Source of the DNA: Candidatus Altiarchaeota archaeon
GTDB lineage: Archaea > Altiarchaeota > Altiarchaeia > IMC4 > QMZM01
Length of the DNA: 34,343 nt
NCBI GenBank assembly: GCA_016931955.1
Contig: JAFGDV010000040.1
Location: 1-34,343, forward strand
Direction of reading: 5' to 3'
Below the pieces are notes generated by a model, which saw only the letters and a program-made list of their open reading frames with translations, did no database searches and had not been told where the DNA came from. A program made the position numbers and the translations under genes. Positions 9,754-18,140 of this stretch are shown one piece after another (positions within the stretch are counted from its first letter, which is position 1; the number at the start of each line of letters is the position of its first letter).

Positions 9754-9807
9754 CTTCAATCCACCTCTACGGAATCAAAACATTAATTAAGATTTTCTGC
9801 CCATGAC

Positions 9808-9820
9808 TTAATAAACTTTT
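9808..9820 (-). promoter_or_regulatory. Putative BRE/TATA promoter for the lipS1-like/M23-like/gcvH sub-unit
   Basis: Minus strand AAAAGTTTATTAA about 55 nt upstream of the start codon. Confidence 0.4.
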
Positions 9821-11060
9821 ACTCCGATCTTGATTTATTCAAAGCAAGCCCTTTAATGGTTTCATAGTTCCCGAAATAGAGGCTATTATATGTCCCATAT
9901 CTGCCGTACGTGAGTTTTTTTGCCCCCGAACCCATGAAGCCACCATGCACAGGATAGACAAAGATCATCCCACTCTCCTCAAAGAATCCATCCATTTCCT
10001 CAAGAACTTCATTCTGCTCTGAGGTGCTCAGTCTCTGACTGAACACAGCTAAGGGCGTATCATCTTTACTACTCCAGTCAAGAAAAACGAAAACAGGAAA
10101 ATCTCCACCCATCTTTTCTCTCACCTTAACTATGAGATCGTCCCATTTTTCCCTGTCAAGTACTCTTCTTTCGATTTCTTTTCCTGAAGGAGTCGCAGTC
10201 GCAAAATCCAGATCAGGAGCGGCATGGGAAAACTCCGTAAATGTAACCCAGCTCCCCACATAGATGCGTTTCTGATACTTTGAGTAACCGTATTCGTGTA
10301 TTCTATCGACTAACCTGGATGCTGATTCCATCCATTCCCCCACAAAGGGGTGGTTGGGCTCTATTCTTCCGGCTCTCACCAGTATAGACGGCGGACCGAA
10401 GAATCCATCAATCCAAATAGCATCTGCTCCGCAGTCTATCTGTTTTTTCGCCCAATCCAAAAAAAGCTCCTGGACGTCTTCATTCGTCAGATCGGGATAG
10501 TATCCCTCAAACCTCTGTATCTCCATAAATTGCTCTATTTCTTCAGGGGAAACAGGCAGATCCCATTTAGAGGGATTAAATGCCATCGAATTAAGCTCCT
10601 CTCTGGTGAAGGGTCTGCCTGTTTTAGGATTCATCTCTCCTTCAGTGAGGCGTTGAGCAGGTATGGCGCCGCAAAAAATCACTTCAGGTTTTTCCTTCTT
10701 TATCTCAGTTATGGTTGTTTTAAGATCCTGGTAACTGTAACCATCCTTTGCGCCAGAATCTGGACAAGGCGCCCACTTCCAAAAACCCCTGAATATGAAA
10801 TCGGTGCGAGTCTCCCTAAGCTGAGCGGTAACCTCATCAACACTCCAACCAACAGCAACATAATCAGTCACCCTCTCATAGAGAGAGGCGACTTTGACCT
10901 GAGAAAGCTCTGTTTTTGGGGGTATCATTGTTGTAGTAGTCACTGCTGTAGTTGTTGTAGTCACCACCGTAGTTGTTGTCGACTTAGACCTGAACCTATG
11001 CAAACAACCAGTAAGCAAAACAATAACCAACACCCCTACAATCAAGATTTTCTTGTTCAT
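9819..11060 (-). CDS. Putative lipoprotein with Thr-rich linker and glycoside-hydrolase-like (TIM-barrel-like) domain
   Basis: Signal peptide with lipobox LLTGC; poly-Thr linker; PDLTNEDVQELFLDWAKKQIDCGADAIWID resembles GH-type barrel segments. Confidence 0.6.
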   Translation of the reverse strand: MNKKILIVGVLVIVLLTGCLHRFRSKSTTTTVVTTTTTAVTTTTMIPPKTELSQVKVASLYERVTDYVAVGWSVDEVTAQLRETRTDFIFRGFWKWAPCPDSGAKDGYSYQDLKTTITEIKKEKPEVIFCGAIPAQRLTEGEMNPKTGRPFTREELNSMAFNPSKWDLPVSPEEIEQFMEIQRFEGYYPDLTNEDVQELFLDWAKKQIDCGADAIWIDGFFGPPSILVRAGRIEPNHPFVGEWMESASRLVDRIHEYGYSKYQKRIYVGSWVTFTEFSHAAPDLDFATATPSGKEIERRVLDREKWDDLIVKVREKMGGDFPVFVFLDWSSKDDTPLAVFSQRLSTSEQNEVLEEMDGFFEESGMIFVYPVHGGFMGSGAKKLTYGRYGTYNSLYFGNYETIKGLALNKSRSE

Positions 11061-12037
11061 TTTTTCAGCTGCTCTTTCACTAGTTTGATTTCGTCTCTGG
11101 TGAGAGGTCTGGGAAAATTATAGATCACGCCACCAGGAGACTCAGTCGAATACGGACGATTACAGTCAGGGCAACCCCTCGTCAAAAAAGGCCTCCCAGA
11201 GGATATCGTCTCCTCTAAAACAGAATCCTCAACGCCGAAGTCAACTATCCTATCCTCACTGAACCGCATCCGGTCAAAGCGGGAGAGCCCAGACTCGATG
11301 AGATACGAAGCAAGCTGAATCCTCCTATAATGGCCGATCGACGGAACATCCCCTCGAAGCTGAGAAAAAGGAATAGGAGTGTAGGCGAATAATGCGGAGT
11401 ATATCCCTTTATCAGAAAGCGACTGGATAAGATGTACAGCATCCCTCTCCGTCTCCCCTAAGCCGAGAATAAGGTGGGTTCCAACATTACCTCTATTGAA
11501 GACCTCCAAGGCCTCATCCAAGGCCTTTATATGACCCCCCCAGGTGTAGGGACAGAAAGCTTGCATGCCCTTTATCCCATCGAAAATCGCTTCAGTTACG
11601 GCATCCAATGGGATCACAAGCCTATCTACACCCAAGGCCTTAAGCTCCTCAAAACTATTCTTAGGGAAGGGAAAAATAGAGACAGAGATCGGGATACTTG
11701 AACCCTCCCTTATTTCCTTAACCAGATACACTAGATCATCAAACATGCTCTGGTAGTTCATGGTCTGAATACACGCCCCCCTAAGAAGACCATGCTCGTA
11801 CGCCTTCATAAGCCGAGATACGATCTCCTGAGTATCTCTAGGAGGATACAGGCCGCGGGCTATATGCTCAGCATTCGCAGAAGAATCCCTGGCTTGAGCG
11901 CAGAATCTACAATTCGAAAGACACTTACCAGAGTGATAGGTCTGAAGATACGCCGTAGTTGGGTCTGCCTCAGTCGCTAATATCTCCAACCCCAGCACCC
12001 TCAAAGTGCCCATGGAAACCCTGACCTTCTCCCTCAT
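11057..12037 (-). CDS. lipS2: Radical SAM protein LipS2 (lipoate synthase component)
   Basis: TTAYLQT, CLSNCRFC, THLILGLGETE, diagnostic TRGCPDCNRP motif. Confidence 0.88.
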   Translation of the reverse strand: MREKVRVSMGTLRVLGLEILATEADPTTAYLQTYHSGKCLSNCRFCAQARDSSANAEHIARGLYPPRDTQEIVSRLMKAYEHGLLRGACIQTMNYQSMFDDLVYLVKEIREGSSIPISVSIFPFPKNSFEELKALGVDRLVIPLDAVTEAIFDGIKGMQAFCPYTWGGHIKALDEALEVFNRGNVGTHLILGLGETERDAVHLIQSLSDKGIYSALFAYTPIPFSQLRGDVPSIGHYRRIQLASYLIESGLSRFDRMRFSEDRIVDFGVEDSVLEETISSGRPFLTRGCPDCNRPYSTESPGGVIYNFPRPLTRDEIKLVKEQLKK

Positions 12038-12870
12038 CTTCCGCCCAAATCCTTAAGTTCAGGGCTCACCTCATATGAGCCGGTGGAGCGGGTTCTACCC
12101 CGAGTGTAACGGAAAATCCATTCCTCATCGTAGTACTTCGGCAGCAGCTTTTCTGCTAGCTTTTTCTCCTCCTTAGTCATATTGTCTTCCACCAAGCGGG
12201 TGTTGAAGGTCTTCTCGAAGCCGTATTTCAAAGACTCTTCCACATCGCTGAGTGGGACCTTTCGCCCAAGCTGCCTGTTAAGGTCCGTCAACCTCTCCTC
12301 AATCGACTTAATACCCTTATCAGAGATCTTCTCCAAGGGTATGTTACAGCAGAGAAGCATCTCCTTTATGTTGAAGTCCACCAGCAGGGTGCCATGCTGT
12401 AATAACACACGATTACCCCTGGTCTGAGCGGAACCTGAGATCTTCTTACCATTACATAAGACATCGTTTATGGGCTTGAATTCGCCCCGTAAACCATACT
12501 TCTCCAAGGCGTGGACAACTATGGAACACACCCTTTCATAGGATTCGGTAACATCTAGGGGGATCTCTCCGCTCTCCAAGCTGCCGATGAAGCCATACTG
12601 TACCTGAGAGCTCTCGGATGCGAACGCCATACCACCGCCAGAGATCCTCCTAGTGACATGATAATCCAATTCCCTGCAGCGTTCAAGATTCAACTCCCTC
12701 TCAATCAACTGAGAATAACCCATTATGATAGACTTCACCGGAGTCCAAAGAAATCCAATGCTATCCCCAGTACGGTCAGCTATCCGGAAAAGTGCCTCAT
12801 TCGCCGCCATAATCCTGTAGGGATCAATCAAACCAAAATTCATGAACCTTAATTCATCCATCTCGCTCAC
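12034..12870 (-). CDS. lplA: Lipoate/octanoate-protein ligase catalytic subunit (LplA-N), paralog 2
   Basis: RRISGGGM, FKPINDV, KKISGSAQ, LLQHGTLL. Confidence 0.9.
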   Translation of the reverse strand: MSEMDELRFMNFGLIDPYRIMAANEALFRIADRTGDSIGFLWTPVKSIIMGYSQLIERELNLERCRELDYHVTRRISGGGMAFASESSQVQYGFIGSLESGEIPLDVTESYERVCSIVVHALEKYGLRGEFKPINDVLCNGKKISGSAQTRGNRVLLQHGTLLVDFNIKEMLLCCNIPLEKISDKGIKSIEERLTDLNRQLGRKVPLSDVEESLKYGFEKTFNTRLVEDNMTKEEKKLAEKLLPKYYDEEWIFRYTRGRTRSTGSYEVSPELKDLGGR

Positions 12871-13156
12871 CTATCGCCTTCATTATCGCCTCGGTGAAGT
12901 CCTCAGGATAGGTCTTGGGGGACTGAAAGACGTTGTTATTGAAGAACGCCTTCAGCCGCTCAAGGACCTCCTCTCTCTTAGCCTTCACACCCATCAAGGC
13001 TTTTTCCATCTTATCTATGAAGTGCTCCGGCGTAAGGATGAAATCGCCCGAGATTATGATGTCCTCAATCCTACCGTCTTCAACCCTCACCAGTGCACGA
13101 ATCAAGCCGCTCCTCGCCTTATACAATCCCTCACGCATACCCTCCAGCGTATCCAT
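12854..13156 (-). CDS. lplB: Lipoate-protein ligase accessory subunit (LplB / LplA C-terminal domain)
   Basis: YKARSGLIRALVRVEDGRIEDIIISGDF...MEKALMG; start uncertain (13156 or 13138). Confidence 0.85.
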   Translation of the reverse strand: MDTLEGMREGLYKARSGLIRALVRVEDGRIEDIIISGDFILTPEHFIDKMEKALMGVKAKREEVLERLKAFFNNNVFQSPKTYPEDFTEAIMKAIGERDG

Positions 13157-13170
13157 AACTAAAATTACGT

Positions 13171-13965
13171 TTAGGTTCTTAAATTCCGTTTCCTCCTCCA
13201 CTCCCTCAGATCAGCACGGAAAATCCATTCATCAGTCAAGTATTTATTTCTAAGATTCTCTGCCAGCTCCAACTCATGGTCAGTCAATGCACCCTCATAA
13301 GCTTCACCCAGGATGTGTTCAAAGCCACCGAGTAAGGCCTTCTTGACCTCATCCATCGTGATACCCTCAACCTCCCTTCTCAGACAAGTCATGCCCTCCT
13401 CGGGTTTCCTTATCCCCTCCCTAAGATTCTTGACTGGGTTCTTGAGGAGAAAACACATGGTCTTGAAGTCGAAATCAACGAGTAAACTGCCCGAGGAGTT
13501 GACCACGCCCTTCGAAGTCAGCTGCCCGCTGCCTGAGATCTTTCTTCCGTTAGCGTAGACGCTGAACCTTTCATCATCAATAACGGCGTCGCCTACGCCA
13601 AGGGAATTCAAGGCGGCTATCACTCCGTTCAAGATAAACCTGTAGACCTCTCTGGGACCATAGGGCATTCCATCCCGATCCTCCCGGAAGATTACATTAT
13701 ATATAATCTGGTTTTCATCGCAGAAGCCTGTTCCCCCGCCGAGAACCCTCCTGACTATTGGAATCTCCATACGCTTACAGCGATCAACGTGGAGGTCTTC
13801 ATATGCTTTCTGGTGGTAGCCGATGTAGACTGCAGGCTTAATAGGACGCCAGAAGAGGAGGGTATCGTCCACGAGATCCTGTCTTATGGAATCCATCACA
13901 GCCTCAAAAATCGCTGGACCAAGAACACCATCCACCTTATCCAAGCCGATGAAACGCCACTTCAT
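13171..13965 (-). CDS. lplA: Lipoate/octanoate-protein ligase catalytic subunit (LplA-N), paralog 1
   Basis: VYIGYHQ, RRVLGGGTGF, RKISGSGQ; ATGA overlap with upstream lipS1 stop. Confidence 0.88.
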   Translation of the reverse strand: MKWRFIGLDKVDGVLGPAIFEAVMDSIRQDLVDDTLLFWRPIKPAVYIGYHQKAYEDLHVDRCKRMEIPIVRRVLGGGTGFCDENQIIYNVIFREDRDGMPYGPREVYRFILNGVIAALNSLGVGDAVIDDERFSVYANGRKISGSGQLTSKGVVNSSGSLLVDFDFKTMCFLLKNPVKNLREGIRKPEEGMTCLRREVEGITMDEVKKALLGGFEHILGEAYEGALTDHELELAENLRNKYLTDEWIFRADLREWRRKRNLRT

Positions 13966-14876
13966 TGTAATTGCTCTGGGAGTAACGCACAACATGCGTG
14001 GAACTCCCTGACCCCCAGACCAAATTTCTCCGCCTCCATGTACGCTGTAGGAGTTGGAACGGCGATGCTGTTGACGCCCGCCCGTACAGCAAGCCTGTCT
14101 ATTTCAGCCCTTACATCGCCTTTTCCACGAGCACAGCCCAAAGACACAAAGGATTCTGGGAATCTCAGCCTGGCCTTGCATAAGACTTCAACAACATCTA
14201 TGGCATTAATCCTCACATCCTCCATCTGAGTTCCAATTATGTTAGTCAAACCAATCACGACAATGTTTGAAGGTTTTATCGAAGAGATTATGTCAAGGGC
14301 AGAATACTCATGGAAGAGCCTGCCATGATGCAAGCCAACACAGATATGTGGGGCAATATTTTTTACCCCAGCCCTCTGAAGCGCCTTAAGAGTCCGCCTG
14401 TAGTCTTCAGGATAGAGCTCTATTCCATAGATCTCCTTCGTGGTTTCCTCCGAGCCGACGACGTCGACGCAGACACCATCCAAGCCAGAGTCCTTCAGAT
14501 CCCTAGCTTCCCTGCGGTTAATAACCCCCGTATGGGCGATAACCAGCATGCCAGTCTCATCCTTGATCCTGCGGACAGCATCCAAGAATGGGCTGAGAGG
14601 GACCTTGCCTTCCGGAGTGCATCCTCCAGTCAAGAGGACGCCGGTTGAGCCGTTTCTGTGGAATCTAACACACAGATTCACGAGCTCCTTAGGCGTCAAC
14701 GCAGGAGTGAGCCGCTCAATAAGCCTCCTCCCACAATGTTTACAATTCAGGGCACATGATGAGCTAGTGACGGAGACTGCTGGAAAAAAATCCGATGTAT
14801 AGTAGAAATTAATCCCCCTCCCAAAGTTTTTGTATGAGAGTTCCCTGGATTCCTCAATCAACGCATCCATCAGCAA
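13962..14876 (-). CDS. lipS1: Radical SAM protein LipS1 (lipoate synthase component, paralog 1)
   Basis: CALNCKHC, LLTGGC, PHICVGL, LGCARG and C-terminal ACC motifs. Confidence 0.87.
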   Translation of the reverse strand: MLMDALIEESRELSYKNFGRGINFYYTSDFFPAVSVTSSSCALNCKHCGRRLIERLTPALTPKELVNLCVRFHRNGSTGVLLTGGCTPEGKVPLSPFLDAVRRIKDETGMLVIAHTGVINRREARDLKDSGLDGVCVDVVGSEETTKEIYGIELYPEDYRRTLKALQRAGVKNIAPHICVGLHHGRLFHEYSALDIISSIKPSNIVVIGLTNIIGTQMEDVRINAIDVVEVLCKARLRFPESFVSLGCARGKGDVRAEIDRLAVRAGVNSIAVPTPTAYMEAEKFGLGVREFHACCALLPEQLQ

Positions 14877-14910
14877 ATAATAAAGGGATTAAAAGAAAAA
14901 AGAGGGACTA

Positions 14911-15246
14911 TTAAGCCTTATCATCCAGTTCAAGCTCCACCCCACCAACAGCCTTAGCTATGATGTTATAGAAAAACGCATATATTGCGCCGAACACACC
15001 CGATAGTATCGCATACACGATGGATGCTACAATCACTACTACAATACCTATGACGATCAACATAATGCCGCCCATTGCAGCCTCTTCGCCCCCTTGCATA
15101 AACGCAAACATGGACAAACCCATAAGACCAAAGATTATCGCACATACCAGACCAATAATGAAACCAATAACCAACCCTACAACCGCAAATATCTTAAAAA
15201 CAGAAAGCACGCCAAACCTCTTAACGATTTTTTTCAAAAACACCAC
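14911..15246 (-). CDS. Small two-TM membrane protein (DUF3566-like)
   Basis: Two long hydrophobic segments; VLSVFKI at N-terminus and YNIIAKAVGGVELEL at C-terminus. Confidence 0.65.
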   Translation of the reverse strand: MVFLKKIVKRFGVLSVFKIFAVVGLVIGFIIGLVCAIIFGLMGLSMFAFMQGGEEAAMGGIMLIVIGIVVVIVASIVYAILSGVFGAIYAFFYNIIAKAVGGVELELDDKA

Positions 15247-15321
15247 CCCCCTAGATTTTTAGTATATTAGAGAACAGGGTTTAAATGCCCTTTTCCCTTA
15301 GGGATTCCAATAACCAATACA

Positions 15322-15978
15322 ATGAGGGTTCTTATTACGCTGGGTCCGACTCAGGAGCCAATAGATGAGGTAAGGTACATAACCAATGCCAGCTCAGGAA
15401 AGATGGGCACAGCCTTGGCGAGGGAATCCATCAAAAGGGGATATGAGACAACCATTGTTTCAGGCCCGGTAGACATCAGACTGCCAGGGAAGGCGAAAAT
15501 CCTTAAGATTAGAACAGCCGAAGAGATGACGAAAGCAACATTAAAGGAACTTGATAGGGGGTATGATATTTTCATCTCAACAGCTGCAATAGCAGACTAC
15601 TCACCAGGATCCCATAAAGGAAAGATCAGATCAAGCACAGAGGAATTGACGATAACGCTGAAGGCAAACCCCAAACTCACAAGGAAGGTCAGGGAAAAAT
15701 TCCCGGGATTATTTATTGTAGCGTTCAAGGCAGAATACAATGTTTTGAAGGATTCACTGATTGAGAGTGCTTGGTCGAAGCTGAAAAAAGAGGGCTTAGA
15801 CCTTATAGTGGCAAACGATCTGCAGAAGGTAGGATTTGGCGGCGACAAAACAGAAGTCTATGTGGTAAACAAGAGAAAAAAGATAGATTATATACCACTA
15901 AAGACAAAGAATAATATAGCAAAGGATATATGGGCAGCAATAAATAAAGAGAAAAAAGGTGGCGAAAATAAAAGATAG
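15322..15978 (+). CDS. coaB: Phosphopantothenate-cysteine ligase (stand-alone CoaB domain)
   Basis: VLITLGPTQEPIDEVRYITNASSGKMG, AAIADY, AFKAE, DLIVAND. Confidence 0.9.
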   Translation: MRVLITLGPTQEPIDEVRYITNASSGKMGTALARESIKRGYETTIVSGPVDIRLPGKAKILKIRTAEEMTKATLKELDRGYDIFISTAAIADYSPGSHKGKIRSSTEELTITLKANPKLTRKVREKFPGLFIVAFKAEYNVLKDSLIESAWSKLKKEGLDLIVANDLQKVGFGGDKTEVYVVNKRKKIDYIPLKTKNNIAKDIWAAINKEKKGGENKR

Positions 15979-16495
15979 CTTGGTCTTATTAACCTTGCTC
16001 GTTATGCTCACAGCAGGGTGTACATCCCGCGACGGACAGGATACCACAACTACAACCGTATTAGAGGTATCCAGTACCACTACCACCATAGAGACAACTA
16101 CGACCTCGACAACAACTACGACGACAACGACGACAACATCCACTCCAGTAATCATTACAACAACCACTACGACGACTACGACCATAACCTACATACCGAC
16201 CACAACCATCGCGGATGCGAAATGCTATATGAACTCAGACTGCGGAGAACAGAAGGTCAGTTACTACTGTAAGATAGAGTTGGAGGAAGGACCAGTACAA
16301 CCCACAGTAAGGGGTGAAACAGTCTACAAGGTAACAGAAACACCCATTTGCTTGGACCCGGGAACCATGTGGGCGAAATGCACGAAGGTGAGGAAAGAGA
16401 GAGAGTGGGACGCCTGCAAAGACTACGAATATTGCCTTGAAAACTGTCCCGAATGCGTTCTTAAGGGATCAAGTTGTTGCCCTGGTCTATGCTGA
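15959..16495 (+). CDS. Putative lipoprotein with poly-Thr stalk and Cys-rich C-terminal domain
   Basis: Lipobox TAGC, long Thr tract, 12 Cys in the C-terminal part. Confidence 0.7.
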   Translation: MAKIKDSLVLLTLLVMLTAGCTSRDGQDTTTTTVLEVSSTTTTIETTTTSTTTTTTTTTTSTPVIITTTTTTTTTITYIPTTTIADAKCYMNSDCGEQKVSYYCKIELEEGPVQPTVRGETVYKVTETPICLDPGTMWAKCTKVRKEREWDACKDYEYCLENCPECVLKGSSCCPGLC

Positions 16496-16512
16496 TCCAA
16501 GAGGTGTATACG

Positions 16513-17142
16513 TTGAGGATAACCGGTTTAGGTCATGCGTCTTTTCTGATCGAAGTATCCGGTAAAAAGATTTACATAGACCCATATGCTCTCAGAGAAG
16601 ATACTGAGTCTGCCGACATTATCTTAATAACCCATGACCACTACGACCACTGCGACAGAGAATCTATAAACAGGATAAAGAAACCTGGAACACACATCCT
16701 CGGACCTGAAAGCGTGGCCAAAAAAATCCCTGGCACAGGCATACTGAGAAAAAAGGACATAGTACACATAGATAACACCACTATCATGGCAGTTCCCTCT
16801 TATAACACAGAGAAAGGCTTCCACAAAGCAGACTCAGGGATGGGGTTCGTCATAGAGCACGAAGGTAAAAGAATCTATCATTCAGGAGACACAGACGTAA
16901 TACCCGAGATGAGCAAACTGGAAGACATCACAGTCGCCTTACTCCCAGTAGGTGGCATCTATACAATGAACGCCGACGACGCTGTAGACGCCGTAAAGCT
17001 GATAAAACCCGAAATAGCCATACCAATGCATTACGGAAAAGTCGTTGGTTCAAGGGCTGACGCGGAAAAATTCAGATCCAGGATCGAAAAAGAGACAAAA
17101 ACAAGGGTGGAGATCCTGGAGAACAGATCCCTTAGGATCTAA
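16513..17142 (+). CDS. MBL-fold metallo-hydrolase (UPF0173-like)
   Basis: LGHASF, THDHYDH, YHSGDT, PMHYG; GAGGTG RBS before TTG 16513. Confidence 0.9.
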   Translation: MRITGLGHASFLIEVSGKKIYIDPYALREDTESADIILITHDHYDHCDRESINRIKKPGTHILGPESVAKKIPGTGILRKKDIVHIDNTTIMAVPSYNTEKGFHKADSGMGFVIEHEGKRIYHSGDTDVIPEMSKLEDITVALLPVGGIYTMNADDAVDAVKLIKPEIAIPMHYGKVVGSRADAEKFRSRIEKETKTRVEILENRSLRI

Positions 17143-17166
17143 CCACTCCAAGATTCCATGAAAACA

Positions 17167-17394
17167 TTAATCCTCCCTCTGTATGGCTGCGCCCAACATC
17201 GAAGCTGCAGTTATAAGGCCCGCTGAAAACAGTATCCAGTTAGCTTCCGCCTGACCTGCACCAAGCACTATTTCAGCTGACACCTTAACAATCAACAGGG
17301 TTATGATAAAATAAATAATACCCAAGAAGATCAAAATCACTGACGTCACTATGGTAAGGGGCAACGCAGCAAGTCCTTTCAGTATTTCCATCAA
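17167..17394 (-). CDS. Small hypothetical membrane protein
   Basis: Two hydrophobic helices; GAGGTG RBS upstream. Confidence 0.65.
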   Translation of the reverse strand: MMEILKGLAALPLTIVTSVILIFLGIIYFIITLLIVKVSAEIVLGAGQAEANWILFSAGLITAASMLGAAIQRED

Positions 17395-17438
17395 GACACC
17401 TCAGATTTTATAATTGATTAAGATTAGGGGATATTCGT

Positions 17439-18134
17439 TTATATATACTTTCTCGAACCCCTGACCCCGTACTTGAGAACCAAAACATCTTGGAGATTCT
17501 CCACATCAAGTAATTCAAGCACTGGTGCGTTCTCTATATTAAAGCCAACCCCGTCCACCATCGTAGGTGCATCCCTCCCACCGAAGACCCTCGGACCCAC
17601 TGCAACGTAGATTTCATCAACCAGGTTCTCCCTAAGAAACTCAAAGTTCACTGTTCCGCCGCCTTCAACCATAAGTTTGTTAACACCCATACCAGCGAGA
17701 ATCCTCAGGATTTCTTTAGGATCAACCCAGCCATCGCCCAAAACATGGACCTCGGCCTTCTTTCTCAACTGTTTTATCTTCCGTTTATCCGATTTCATAG
17801 GAGTGAATATGATCTTTCTGCCCCCATAGTTCAGGAATTCAGAATCAAGGGAAAGACGGTCAACTCGACCCACTGCGACCTTCATCGGGTTCTCCGACAG
17901 CCCTCTTTTGATTCTCTCAGCCCTCAATTCCATGGATTTGACATCAAGCTTCGGATCATCCACGACAACAGTATTCATTCCAACAAGGACTGCATCAGAG
18001 TCAGCCCTCAGACGATCAACCCTCTCAAGGTCTCTTGAGTTAGAAATCCTCACCTGCCTCCTCTCATGAGTAGAGATCTTCCCGTCAAGGGTCATGGCGC
18101 AGTTGATGAAGACGAAGGGTTTCTTTATCTCCAT
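17439..18134 (-). CDS. arfC: 2,5-diamino-6-ribosylamino-4(3H)-pyrimidinone 5'-phosphate reductase (RibD C-terminal/ArfC type)
   Basis: PFVFINCAMTLDGKI, DAVLVGMNTV..DDPKL, LMVEGGG, DAPTMVDG. Confidence 0.92.
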   Translation of the reverse strand: MEIKKPFVFINCAMTLDGKISTHERRQVRISNSRDLERVDRLRADSDAVLVGMNTVVVDDPKLDVKSMELRAERIKRGLSENPMKVAVGRVDRLSLDSEFLNYGGRKIIFTPMKSDKRKIKQLRKKAEVHVLGDGWVDPKEILRILAGMGVNKLMVEGGGTVNFEFLRENLVDEIYVAVGPRVFGGRDAPTMVDGVGFNIENAPVLELLDVENLQDVLVLKYGVRGSRKYI

Positions 18135-18140
18135 TTTCCA

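Noticed and set aside
16045-16210. ACN-rich tandem-like repeats (also 10929-10982)
   Set aside because: Poly-Thr coding tracts with mixed codons, not a DNA-level repeat element.
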